Below, in pieces: positions 28,225-37,560 of a stretch of DNA of 64,000 bases. Numbering within the stretch: position 1 is the first letter of the stretch; every line of letters starts with the position of its first letter. A model generated the notes under the pieces. It had not been told where the DNA came from. It worked only from the letters and a program-made list of their open reading frames with translations, and made no database searches. The translations under genes were made by a program, and so were the position numbers. The stretch comes from an uncultured Bacilli bacterium (GTDB taxonomy: Bacteria; Bacillota_I; Bacilli_A; RF39; UBA660), in the NCBI GenBank assembly GCA_947629445.1, contig CANRDU010000002.1, positions 64,047 through 128,046 on the forward strand, in the 5' to 3' direction.

Positions 28225-29979
28225 ATGAGTCCATCTACCAACAACATCAGCATTACTACTATATGGTTCTGGATTTGGAAGTGGCATTCTAACAATCATT
28301 GGTATTTTAAGAGCACGTCCAAATGCTACACAAGTACCAGGCTGTAAACTCTTTTGTTTTTCCATAATTTCCGAACTCATATTTGGTAACATCTTTTTTA
28401 AGTATTCCAAATCCCTTGGATGGGACATCTTAAAAATTAAGAAGTTTGTACACTGTGAAATAACGGTTTCGGATAATTCTACTGGTCTTTGAGAAATCAA
28501 AAGGAGCAACAAACCAAATTTACGTCCTTCCTTCGCAATTCTTTCGAAAATGTTATATCCAAGTAGGAAGTTATCATTATCATTTTGTACATAACGGTGA
28601 GATTCCTCTAGTACAATATGGAATGGAATAGATGCTCTTTCATTTAAACGTTTGGTAAAATCAAATAAAAGTTTAGAATAAATTTTTACAATCGTTTTAG
28701 CAATTCTATCGTCTGCATCCTCCAAGTTAAAGTTAACTAACTGGGCTTTTTTACCATTTTTAGTAACAAGAGAAGCTACATAATTTTCCATATTAATATA
28801 TTGTGGGTAACTAAAGAACTCCTTCGCTTCTCCAATGGCAAGAGAGTGAAGTCTAACCTTTAAAGTAATCGCTTCATCGTAAAGTCTTTCATTACGAAGC
28901 AATCCTTCAGAAATTAAAGTAAATTGAAGGGCCTTCTCCATATCTTCTAATGTGAAGAAATGATCAGCGGTTGGTTCGTATTTTTCTAGATTATCGTCAA
29001 TAAAAGAAGTAATATATTGAGTAATTAAAATACTTTCAGTAAACTGTCCTGACGTATCAATTAAAAAGCACTCTCTAAATTTACGAACATACCCAAGTCC
29101 TTGTACTGGTGCCTCTAAATTAAATTGCTCGGTCGAACAACTTGCTAAAATAGAAAATATATCATTTCGCTTACTAGCAGAAGTTTGATTCGTATACATG
29201 ATATCCATAATAGCTTTGGCAATTAAGTGGTTCTTATAACGAGTACTGACATCCCCCTCTGTTGCGAAAACACGAACTAATTTAATCATTCTTTCAATGA
29301 TTGGTAACTGGGAGTGTCTTTCTGCATTGAGCAAAAGTGCGAAATCATCAATGCTTAAAAGCCATAGAGGAATTCTAAGCAATTCTCCGCCCTCACGCAA
29401 CTGTGCTTTATTCGTCGTATAGAATTTAAAATTGTAGTTAGGATTAATTTGGTTAATGTTTTGAAAAGCATTATGATACTCACCATAAGCATCAAAAATC
29501 ATGAAATTAGACTTAAAAGGAACAAAGTCTGGGTTATAGAATAGACTTTGAATAAATCTAGCAACTCCGTAAGATTTACCACTACCAGTATTACCAAAGA
29601 TAGCCATATGGTTACTACATAATTCATTAATCTCTACCATGACAGGAGTATTCTCGTAAAGGGGACTCATACCTAATAATAGAGATCCTTCTTTTTGCTC
29701 TCCCATAATGATTTTAAGTTCTTCTGGCGTAATGATTCTAGTAGTCGCCGTTAAATTTGGTTTTCTTAAAACACCACCAATAAATTGATTATCGGCTAGT
29801 TCTCCCAAAAAACGGATTTTGATAATTTCATCAGAAACATCTTCTACTTCCCCTAAAATTTTTTTATCCTCGTCCTCAAACACCACATGCATATTCATTA
29901 AATTCATAATGACAGGGGCATCCTTTGGAACAGATACATGCGCAACGTTATCACTAATATACACTATTCTTCCGAACAT
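28222..29979 (-). CDS. HerA/FtsK-superfamily ATPase (DUF87-like, HAS-barrel N-terminus)
   Basis: Walker A IFGNTGSGKSYG, Walker B-like FHIVLEESHRY, ISQRPVELSETVISQCTNFLIFKM, and an N-terminal beta-barrel-like segment FGRIVYISDNVAHVSV...EVEDVSDEIIKIRFLGE. ATG 29979 is preferred (GTG 29988 is also possible). It lies 5-14 nt after ylxM. Confidence 0.75.
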   Translation of the reverse strand: MFGRIVYISDNVAHVSVPKDAPVIMNLMNMHVVFEDEDKKILGEVEDVSDEIIKIRFLGELADNQFIGGVLRKPNLTATTRIITPEELKIIMGEQKEGSLLLGMSPLYENTPVMVEINELCSNHMAIFGNTGSGKSYGVARFIQSLFYNPDFVPFKSNFMIFDAYGEYHNAFQNINQINPNYNFKFYTTNKAQLREGGELLRIPLWLLSIDDFALLLNAERHSQLPIIERMIKLVRVFATEGDVSTRYKNHLIAKAIMDIMYTNQTSASKRNDIFSILASCSTEQFNLEAPVQGLGYVRKFRECFLIDTSGQFTESILITQYITSFIDDNLEKYEPTADHFFTLEDMEKALQFTLISEGLLRNERLYDEAITLKVRLHSLAIGEAKEFFSYPQYINMENYVASLVTKNGKKAQLVNFNLEDADDRIAKTIVKIYSKLLFDFTKRLNERASIPFHIVLEESHRYVQNDNDNFLLGYNIFERIAKEGRKFGLLLLLISQRPVELSETVISQCTNFLIFKMSHPRDLEYLKKMLPNMSSEIMEKQKSLQPGTCVAFGRALKIPMIVRMPLPNPEPYSSNADVVGRWTH

Positions 29980-29993
29980 AATCCTCACCCTTC

Positions 29994-30278
29994 TTATAAT
30001 ATTTCCAAAATTTGTTGTAATAAATCCTCATCTTTTATACATTCTTTTATTTTTTGTGTCTTGACATAAAAACCTAATTTTTGTTCATAATATTTTAATT
30101 TTTCTGATATCGTAGTCAGTGCTTTATGCACAGCATTCCTACTAATACCATGTTGCTCCGCTATTTCCTGTAGTGTTAAATTATCAAAATAATAAGCTTC
30201 AAAAAACTCTCTCTGTTTATCGGTTAATAATTCCCCATAATAGTCATAAAGACCATTTAAGTACACCAATTCTTCCAT
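29994..30278 (-). CDS. ylxM: YlxM (UPF0122) putative HTH protein of the SRP operon
   Basis: 94 aa. LYDYYGELLTDKQREFFEAYYFDNLTLQEIAEQHGISRNAVHKAL aligns with Bacillus YlxM as I recall it. Confidence 0.85.
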   Translation of the reverse strand: MEELVYLNGLYDYYGELLTDKQREFFEAYYFDNLTLQEIAEQHGISRNAVHKALTTISEKLKYYEQKLGFYVKTQKIKECIKDEDLLQQILEIL

Positions 30279-30547
30279 TATAATAACTCCAAAATCATCG
30301 ATACGAAAGTAACAATAGCAAATACAACATAAATTCCTGCTACTATCTTCCTATTCGCTAACTTATAATTATTCCAAGCCATAATTAGTAAAGCAAAACT
30401 TAACATTCCATATAATAATGGCATCCACATATTGGAAAATAAGGACATAACCCCAGAAATTAGGACCGCTACAACCGATACAATTTGTAAAATAACGGTA
30501 AACGGTTGTTTTTTTCCTTTTAATTCAATGATTTTAACAGAATTCAT
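30278..30547 (-). CDS. hypothetical small membrane protein (89 aa, 3 TM)
   Basis: ATG 30547 (MNSVKIIELKGKK) after SD GAGGTG, which overlaps the ftsY stop. Its TAA overlaps the ylxM ATG (TAATG). No family recognised. Confidence 0.6.
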   Translation of the reverse strand: MNSVKIIELKGKKQPFTVILQIVSVVAVLISGVMSLFSNMWMPLLYGMLSFALLIMAWNNYKLANRKIVAGIYVVFAIVTFVSMILELL

Positions 30548-30555
30548 CAGACACC

Positions 30556-31530
30556 TCACATATCTTTGAAGAGACCATAGATATACTTTTCAATATCAAA
30601 TGTACGTAAATCTTTTGCTTGTTCTCCCATCCCGACAAACTTAACAGGAATCCCCAAAGCTTCTTTGATAGCTAGGACAATTCCACCCTTGGCGGTTCCA
30701 TCTAACTTTGTTAAAACAATTCCTGTAATATTCGTAATCTTTTGAAATTCTTTCGCTTGACTAATTCCATTTTGACCAGTAGTTGCATCCACTACTAACA
30801 AGGTCTCATGAGGAGCTTCTGGAATAATGCGTCCAATTACTTTATTCATCTTCTCTAATTCACTCATTAAATTGGCCTTATTTTGAAGACGACCAGCTGT
30901 ATCAATCAACACGACATCATAATCTTCTTCCTTTGCCTTTGTAACACCATCGAAAATAACACTAGCAGGATCTGCTCCCTCTTTATAGACAACAGGAGAA
31001 TTCGTCCTTTCGCCCCATTCTACAATTTGCTCAACGGCTCCAGCACGAAAGGTATCACCAGCCACTAAAAGAACCGTTTTGCCTTCTTCTTTTAATCGAT
31101 AAGCAATCTTACCGATGGTTGTTGTTTTACCAACACCATTAACACCGACGAATAAAACAACGGTTGGTCCACTTTCTGCATATTGAATTTTATTTACCAT
31201 AATACTATTATCAACATAAATAATAAACATTTCATCGACAATAATCTCTCGTAAATCTTCACTATCTTCAATATTCTCTTTTTTTACTCTCTTTTTCAAT
31301 CGATCAATGAAGTCCATGACAGTAGAAACCCCAATATCAGCCATGATGAGAATCTCTTCCAACTCTTCAAAATATTCTGGACTTACTTTTTTATATTTTA
31401 AATTCAAAAGACTAATCTTAGAAACAAATTCTTTCCTTGTTTTCTCTAGTCCTTTATCGTATACTTCTACTTCCTCTTGTTCTTTTTTATTACTACTAAA
31501 AAGACTTTTAAATTTATCAAATAACCCCAT
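30556..31530 (-). CDS. ftsY: signal recognition particle receptor FtsY
   Basis: 324 aa with GVNGVGKTTTIGKIA, DTAGRLQNK and TKLDGTAKGG. Confidence 0.96.
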   Translation of the reverse strand: MGLFDKFKSLFSSNKKEQEEVEVYDKGLEKTRKEFVSKISLLNLKYKKVSPEYFEELEEILIMADIGVSTVMDFIDRLKKRVKKENIEDSEDLREIIVDEMFIIYVDNSIMVNKIQYAESGPTVVLFVGVNGVGKTTTIGKIAYRLKEEGKTVLLVAGDTFRAGAVEQIVEWGERTNSPVVYKEGADPASVIFDGVTKAKEEDYDVVLIDTAGRLQNKANLMSELEKMNKVIGRIIPEAPHETLLVVDATTGQNGISQAKEFQKITNITGIVLTKLDGTAKGGIVLAIKEALGIPVKFVGMGEQAKDLRTFDIEKYIYGLFKDM

Positions 31531-31623
31531 GTAAAAACCTCCTAGTTACGTCTATTACCATTGTATCATAAAAGTCTAAGAATTGGAATTTTTTCCATCA
31601 AAAAAAGAGAAATCCATTCGCTT

Positions 31624-32010
31624 TTAAGCAACTTTCTTTCTCGTTTTCCCTTTCGCCTTTACTACCTCTTTAATTGGTTCTAACTCAATAATCTGATGAC
31701 TAGGAATATGATAGGAAAAATCTAGTTCTAAATGGCGATTTGTAAAGTCATAAAAGGTTTCATATTCCTTCATTTTACAGGCAATAACACTATCTTCTTT
31801 TTCAACAGAAAAGGCATAAAAACGGCTACCTAAAAAGAAATAATAATCGTCTAACTCTTTTCCACCTAATAATCTCTTGGCAATTTCTCGGTTTTTTTTA
31901 GCATATTCACTTTCTAAAACCCAAGCAGGATTATCTCCTATGCAAGAGCGAAAAGCATAAATTAACCGCATCGTATCATCATGTTCAAATAATTCTAATT
32001 TCTTTAACAT
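31624..32010 (-). CDS. hypothetical protein (128 aa)
   Basis: Good SD (taggaggcgcc) and ATG, with a basic C-terminal tail. No family recognised. Confidence 0.55.
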   Translation of the reverse strand: MLKKLELFEHDDTMRLIYAFRSCIGDNPAWVLESEYAKKNREIAKRLLGGKELDDYYFFLGSRFYAFSVEKEDSVIACKMKEYETFYDFTNRHLELDFSYHIPSHQIIELEPIKEVVKAKGKTRKKVA

Positions 32011-32088
32011 AGGCGCCTCCTATTATAGACTTATCGTAGTATATTTTAAAAAATAAGTCAAGACTTTTGTCGGGAAGAAAAACCTAGG

Positions 32089-32117
32089 TAGACAAACACT
32101 TGAAAAAAAGGTATAAT
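32089..32117 (+). promoter_or_regulatory. sigma-A promoter for RNase J
   Basis: TAGACA, 17 nt, TATAAT, about 40 nt upstream of SD aaaggagag and the TTG start at 32160. Confidence 0.55.
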
Positions 32118-32159
32118 GGAATAGTTGAATTTTGGAGATTTTAGAAAGGAGAGAAAATT

Positions 32160-33830
32160 TTGAAAGGTTTCGACGGTGGCGATACGAAAGTATTCGCCCT
32201 AGGTGGACTCGGAGAAGTCGGCAAGAATATGTACTGCATCATGAGCGATAATGAAATTATCATTACCGATGTCGGTATTACCTTCCCTTCTGGTGAGTTA
32301 CCTGGAATAGATTATATTATTCCAGATTTTTCATTTCTCGTAAAAAATGAGAAAAAAATTAAAGCACTTTTTATTACACACGGGCATGAAGATCATATTG
32401 GTGGTATTCCTTACTTACTTCAAACAGTGAATGTTCCAGCAATCTATGCGCCAAATCAGGCCGCTGGTTTGATTAGAAAAAAATTGGAAGACCGTGATAT
32501 TCACTATGATCATTTATATGTATATACGGAAAAAACAAAAGTAAAATTTAAAACGATGGAAGTAGAATTCTTTAGAACAACCCACTCTATTCCAGATTCA
32601 CATGGTATCGTTGTTCATACGCCGAATGGCACTATTGTCACAACGGGTGATTTTAAGTTCGACTTAACCCCTATTGGACCCATGGCTAATCTACAAAAAA
32701 TGGCTATGATTGGAAGTCGTGGTGTTACTTTATTACTAAGCGATAGTACCAATGCTTTAAATCCAGGATTTAGTGTCAGTGAATCTAAGGTAGACGAAGC
32801 TCTATCAGAAATATTTTTGGAACATACAGGACGTATTATTATCGCAACTTTTGCTTCTAATATCTATCGGTTAAAACATATTGTCGATACTTGCAAGAGA
32901 AACAATCGTAAGATTGCTATATTTGGTCGCAGTATGGAAAATAATATTGAAATTTCTTTAAATGAAGGATATATCCATCATCGAGAAATATTTATTACTC
33001 CTGAAGAAGCAAATAGTTTAGAACCCAATAAAGTTTGTCTACTTTGCACAGGTACTCAAGGAGAACCATTAGCGGCTCTATCTCGCATTGCGAATGGTAG
33101 TCATAGGCAAATCAAATTACAACCAGACGATCTTGTTATTTTAAGTTCTTCTGCTATTCCCGGAAATGCTTTAAGTATATCTAAAATTATCAATAAGTTA
33201 TACTTACAAGGAGTAAAAGTATGTACCAATACTTCTCTTAGTGAAGTACATACCTCAGGACATGGTAACCAAGAAGAATTAAAATTAATGTTTCGGCTAT
33301 TTGAACCAAAATATTTTATGCCATTCCACGGTGAATATCGGATGCTTAAAACCCATGCTGATTTAGCAATTGAATGTGGAATGCCAAAAGAAAATACTTT
33401 TGTACTAGAAAATGGTGATGTTCTTTCTATCTATAAAGGAAAAGTAAAAAAAGAAGGAACCGTTCCTGCTGGAGATGTCTATATCGATGGTAATCGTATC
33501 GGCGATATTGGTTCTGCCGTTATGAAAGATAGAAAAATTATGTCTAGTGATGGTATCGTGGTAGTTATTGCCAATATTGATACAAATACCAATCAATTAC
33601 TAGGAAATCCTAATATTACGACAAGAGGTTTTGTTCAAATACAAGAAAATTTAGATCTTATCAAAGAACTAGAAATTATTAGTACTAAGGCTATTACCTC
33701 TAAAATTGATAATCATGTAAATTATAGTGAAATAAAAAGTGAAATTTCAAGTCAGTTATCGACTTACATCTATGAAAAAACGGGAAGAAATCCAATTATT
33801 CTACCCGTTATTATGGATATAAAAAAGTAA
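32160..33830 (+). CDS. rnj: ribonuclease J
   Basis: 556 aa. GGLGEVGKNMY, the ITHGHEDHIGGIPYLL metallo-beta-lactamase motif, a beta-CASP domain and a C-terminal domain. TTG start. Confidence 0.93.
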   Translation: MKGFDGGDTKVFALGGLGEVGKNMYCIMSDNEIIITDVGITFPSGELPGIDYIIPDFSFLVKNEKKIKALFITHGHEDHIGGIPYLLQTVNVPAIYAPNQAAGLIRKKLEDRDIHYDHLYVYTEKTKVKFKTMEVEFFRTTHSIPDSHGIVVHTPNGTIVTTGDFKFDLTPIGPMANLQKMAMIGSRGVTLLLSDSTNALNPGFSVSESKVDEALSEIFLEHTGRIIIATFASNIYRLKHIVDTCKRNNRKIAIFGRSMENNIEISLNEGYIHHREIFITPEEANSLEPNKVCLLCTGTQGEPLAALSRIANGSHRQIKLQPDDLVILSSSAIPGNALSISKIINKLYLQGVKVCTNTSLSEVHTSGHGNQEELKLMFRLFEPKYFMPFHGEYRMLKTHADLAIECGMPKENTFVLENGDVLSIYKGKVKKEGTVPAGDVYIDGNRIGDIGSAVMKDRKIMSSDGIVVVIANIDTNTNQLLGNPNITTRGFVQIQENLDLIKELEIISTKAITSKIDNHVNYSEIKSEISSQLSTYIYEKTGRNPIILPVIMDIKK

Positions 33831-34403
33831 TCACGCTGTGACTACTTTTTTCTTTTTTGCTTTTTTCTTCTTCGCTTTCATTAATTTATTTTTACCATCT
33901 ACTAACAAAATACCAATGTATTGGAAAAAAACAATAATACAAGTTACAAATACCGCATCTAACCAAGGATCGGTATAATCTAGAGATCCATGAGATGTAA
34001 TACCGTATAAATCTAATAAAGCCCAGCGCTTTAATCCTAGAAAAATTAATAGATAAATAAGGAAAAAACTAAACATAATCTGTTTATCTCTAAATTTTTT
34101 AAGAGAATAAAGACACATGGTTGGAAGAATCGTAAAAACAATAAAGGCAATAAACCACACAACTGGTTTTACCTCTAAAATAACCGTTGGAATTAAAAAG
34201 AATAATAAGGCAAAAACAATAATATCTAAAAGAATAACATAACGATACTCTTTTAGTTTTTTCATAAGATATTGCCCGAGAATTAATGCGCCCTCACGGA
34301 TAGGACTATCTACGGTTACTACTTCTTCTGCTTTTTTATGAACTTCTCTCTTGCTTTTTTCTTCTTTCTTTTCATTTTTTGTTTCCGTAACTTCTGTCTT
34401 CAT
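33831..34403 (-). CDS. hypothetical polytopic membrane protein with K-rich termini
   Basis: 190 aa with about 4 TM segments. SD aggtgatag. Convergent with rnj with zero spacing; a hairpin AGTAATCAC/GTGACTACT spans both stops. Confidence 0.55.
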   Translation of the reverse strand: MKTEVTETKNEKKEEKSKREVHKKAEEVVTVDSPIREGALILGQYLMKKLKEYRYVILLDIIVFALLFFLIPTVILEVKPVVWFIAFIVFTILPTMCLYSLKKFRDKQIMFSFFLIYLLIFLGLKRWALLDLYGITSHGSLDYTDPWLDAVFVTCIIVFFQYIGILLVDGKNKLMKAKKKKAKKKKVVTA

Positions 34404-34532
34404 ACTATCACCTATTACTAGTTTACCATATTTTTCACTAAAAGTAATAAAAAAAGAAAAATAATTTTTCTTTTTTTATGGGATATGCCCTATTATAGGT
34501 ATATTATTACTTCCTATACTTTCACAATATAC

Positions 34533-36947
34533 TTATTTAATAACAATATTTACCAACTTTTTAGGAATTACAATCATTTTTACAATTTCATGCCCATCTA
34601 AATAATTTTTAACATTATCAATAGATTGCGCTAATTCTTTCATCTCTTCTTCACTTGCACTCGTAGATACGGTTATCTTTCCTCTTACCTTACCATTAAT
34701 TTGAACAACCATTTCATAGGCATCCTCTACCGTTTTCGCCTCATCATAGGTTGGCCATGGCGAAGTAGCAAGCATTTCTCCTAATCCGCTAATTTCATTA
34801 ATTTCTTCTGTGATATGTGGCGCTATTGGGTTAAGCAAGTGAACCATCGTCCTTAAATCTTGTTTGGTTATAGATTCCTCTTTTTCTAATTCATTTAATA
34901 GAATCATCAAGGCAGATACGGCCGTATTATATTTCATCGTATTTAAATCATTCGTAACTTTACGAATCGTTTGATGAATAAGTGTTTCTTTCGTATATCC
35001 ATCTTTATCATTCAATTTTTCTTGTAATCTCCAAATACGATCTAGGAATTTTTTACATCCCTTAAGACCATTCGTAGACCAAGAGGCATCTTTCTCATAA
35101 TCCCCAATAAACATTTCATAAGTACGAAGGGCATCCGCACCCATTTCCTTTACGATATCATCAGGATTAATGACATTTCCTTTGGATTTACTCATCTTCT
35201 CACCATTAGATCCTAAAATCATACCATGGCTTACACGAGTCCAAATCATTTCCTTGCTTGGTACTAATCCAATGTTATATAAGAATTGTACCCAAAAGCG
35301 TGCATAAAGTAAGTGACGAGCTGTATGCTCCATACCACCATTATACCAGTCTACTCTCTTCCAATATTTCATGGCATCCATACTAGCAAATGCCGAATCA
35401 TTATGAGCATCCATAAACCGAAGGAAATACCAACTAGATCCAGCCCAATTTGGCATCGTATCTGTCTCTCTAACAGCTGGTCCTCCACAGTTTGGACAAG
35501 TCGTATTGACCCAATCCGTAATTTTAGCAAGTGGGCTTTCTCCGGTATCCGTTGGTTCATATTCCGCTACATCTGGAAGTAAAAGTGGTAATTCTTCTTC
35601 CTTCATCGGGACCCATCCACACTTTTCACAATGAATCATAGGAATTGGTTCTCCCCAGAATCTTTGTCTTGAGAAAACCCAGTCTCTCATTTTATAATTA
35701 TTTACTTTACGAGCAATACCCTTACTAGCAAGCATATCTGTAATTGCCACTTTGGCATCCGGTACACTATAACCAGTAAACTCCCCAGAATTAATCAATT
35801 TAGCATCCTTATTTTCTAGGTAATCATATTTCTCATAAGCACATTCTGTAACATCCCTACCACTAATAACGGGAATAATATCTAGATGATGCTCTTGCGC
35901 ATATTCAAAGTCTCTCTGATCATGAGATGGTACAGCCATAACTGCTCCCGTACCATAATCTCCTAAAACAAAATCTCCCAAGAAGATTGGAACTTCCATT
36001 CCATTTACTGGGTTAATAGCGCGGATACCTTTAACTTCGACACCACTCTTACCTTTATTTAATTCTGTTCTATCCATATTCGATTTACGGGCAGTTTCGG
36101 CGATATAAGCTTCTACTTCTTCTTTATTTTCAACTCTAGGCATTAACTCTTGAATTAATTTACCATCTGGTGCGATAACAAAGAAAGTAATACCATAGAT
36201 TGTCTCAATACAGGTGGTAAAGATAGAGAATTTTCCCCCACCTACGATTTCAACATCTACTTCGACTCCTTCTGATTTACCAATCCAATTAATTTGTCCT
36301 AATTTCACTTTTTCAGCAAAGTTAGTATTCTTTAATCCTTCTAGCAAATCCTCGGCATAATTAGACATTCTAAGTAACCATTGTGATTTTTGTTTTTGAA
36401 CAACTGCTTCTCCACATCTTTCACAGACACCACCAGCAGCATCTTCATTAGAAAGAACTGTTTTACATTTTGGACACCAGTTAACAGCAATCGTATCCTT
36501 ATAAGCCATACCATGTTTATAGAATTGTAAAAATTGCCACTGTGTCCATTTATAATATTCTGGATCTGTCGTTGAAAATTCACGACTCCAATCAAATGAA
36601 AATCCTAAAGATTTCATCTGACCTTTAAAAGTTTTAATGTTTTCTCTTACCGCATCTTTTGGATGAATATGGTTTTGAATAGCATACTGCTCCGCTGGAG
36701 CACCAAAAGCATCCCATCCCATTGGATATAAAACATTGAATCCCTGCATTCTTTTCATACGAACAATGGCATCTTGGGCAGTATAACTTCTAACATGTCC
36801 TACATGAAGGCCTGATCCAGATGGATATGGAAATTCTACTAATACATAATAAGGCTCTTTTTCACTACCATTCTTTGCCTCAAAGGTATGATGGTCATCC
36901 CAGTACTTTTGCCATTTTGCTTCTATTTTCTTAAAATCATAATTCAT
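34533..36947 (-). CDS. leuS: leucine--tRNA ligase
   Basis: Start refined to ATG 36947 (MNYDFKKIEAKWQKYW) after SD AAGGAGGAA. Contains HVGH (HIGH), KMSKS and a CP1 editing domain. Confidence 0.97.
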   Translation of the reverse strand: MNYDFKKIEAKWQKYWDDHHTFEAKNGSEKEPYYVLVEFPYPSGSGLHVGHVRSYTAQDAIVRMKRMQGFNVLYPMGWDAFGAPAEQYAIQNHIHPKDAVRENIKTFKGQMKSLGFSFDWSREFSTTDPEYYKWTQWQFLQFYKHGMAYKDTIAVNWCPKCKTVLSNEDAAGGVCERCGEAVVQKQKSQWLLRMSNYAEDLLEGLKNTNFAEKVKLGQINWIGKSEGVEVDVEIVGGGKFSIFTTCIETIYGITFFVIAPDGKLIQELMPRVENKEEVEAYIAETARKSNMDRTELNKGKSGVEVKGIRAINPVNGMEVPIFLGDFVLGDYGTGAVMAVPSHDQRDFEYAQEHHLDIIPVISGRDVTECAYEKYDYLENKDAKLINSGEFTGYSVPDAKVAITDMLASKGIARKVNNYKMRDWVFSRQRFWGEPIPMIHCEKCGWVPMKEEELPLLLPDVAEYEPTDTGESPLAKITDWVNTTCPNCGGPAVRETDTMPNWAGSSWYFLRFMDAHNDSAFASMDAMKYWKRVDWYNGGMEHTARHLLYARFWVQFLYNIGLVPSKEMIWTRVSHGMILGSNGEKMSKSKGNVINPDDIVKEMGADALRTYEMFIGDYEKDASWSTNGLKGCKKFLDRIWRLQEKLNDKDGYTKETLIHQTIRKVTNDLNTMKYNTAVSALMILLNELEKEESITKQDLRTMVHLLNPIAPHITEEINEISGLGEMLATSPWPTYDEAKTVEDAYEMVVQINGKVRGKITVSTSASEEEMKELAQSIDNVKNYLDGHEIVKMIVIPKKLVNIVIK

Positions 36948-36948
36948 T

Positions 36949-37323
36949 TTATTTTCCTCCTTTTTGTTTTTTACTATAATAAATACCAATCCTGCTATAA
37001 AGAATTAAGATAAGAGGAATTAATAGTAAAGTTCCTACTACTAATACCGATATAATCCATAAGAACGAACTCGTAATCCAATTTTGCAGTAAACATACAA
37101 TCATCACTACGGTTGCTATAATAAAAGCATTAGAAAGAGCAACCATTCGTACTAACGATTTCAAATTAATCTTACGATAATCTAAATGGTATTTCTTAGA
37201 TAAAAGGGATAGTTCTTTACCATCCTTCATATTTTCTAGTGCCTTTGGTTTATGGATTACAAATAATTCATAAAACAAATAAATGAGTAAAAACATCCCT
37301 AACCATATCAGCAATTCTTTCAT
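36949..37323 (-). CDS. hypothetical membrane protein (124 aa, 3 TM) between the T-box and leuS
   Basis: SD AAGGAGGAAAAAAAA then ATG 37323. The stop abuts the leuS ATG with a 1-nt gap. No family recognised. Confidence 0.6.
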   Translation of the reverse strand: MKELLIWLGMFLLIYLFYELFVIHKPKALENMKDGKELSLLSKKYHLDYRKINLKSLVRMVALSNAFIIATVVMIVCLLQNWITSSFLWIISVLVVGTLLLIPLILILYSRIGIYYSKKQKGGK

Positions 37324-37340
37324 TTTTTTTCCTCCTTAAC

Positions 37341-37548
37341 AAAAAAAGTATCATGATGAAGGGACGAAAAACCGCGGTACCACCCTTCTTCATAATACTT
37401 TTATTATGCACTTAATCTTTAACGCAGATTACGTCTCTCTATGAGAGAAGCTCCAAAGCGAGTTCATAGTCTTCCATCGAAAGTTTCCACCAACCACTTT
37501 CTCTCTAGTGATTTATAAACTACTACTACTCTTTCTCAACGCCTTATG
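37341..37548 (-). promoter_or_regulatory. T-box leader (Leu specifier) with terminator/antiterminator
   Basis: The minus strand has a stem-I start GCGTTGAGAAAGAGTAGTA, an AGAGAG...GGTTGGTGGAAAC distal region and the T-box sequence GGGTGGTACCGCG (37385-37373). The terminator is ATGAAGAAGGG...CCCTTCATCAT followed by T7. The candidate specifier is CUC (37462-37460) followed by a purine. A TATAAT -10 lies at 37560-37555. Confidence 0.8.
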
Positions 37549-37560
37549 TACCATATTATA

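Noticed and set aside
29971-29984. The CGAACATAATCCTC word at the herA-like start as a LexA box.
   Set aside because: Only the left half-site matches, and the word is the start-codon/SD region itself (ATTATGTTCGG on the coding strand).
37460-37469. CUA (37469-37467) as an alternative T-box specifier.
   Set aside because: It is also a Leu codon, but it is followed by a pyrimidine. CUC (37462-37460) is followed by a purine, as expected for the conserved position 3' of the specifier. Either choice gives Leu.
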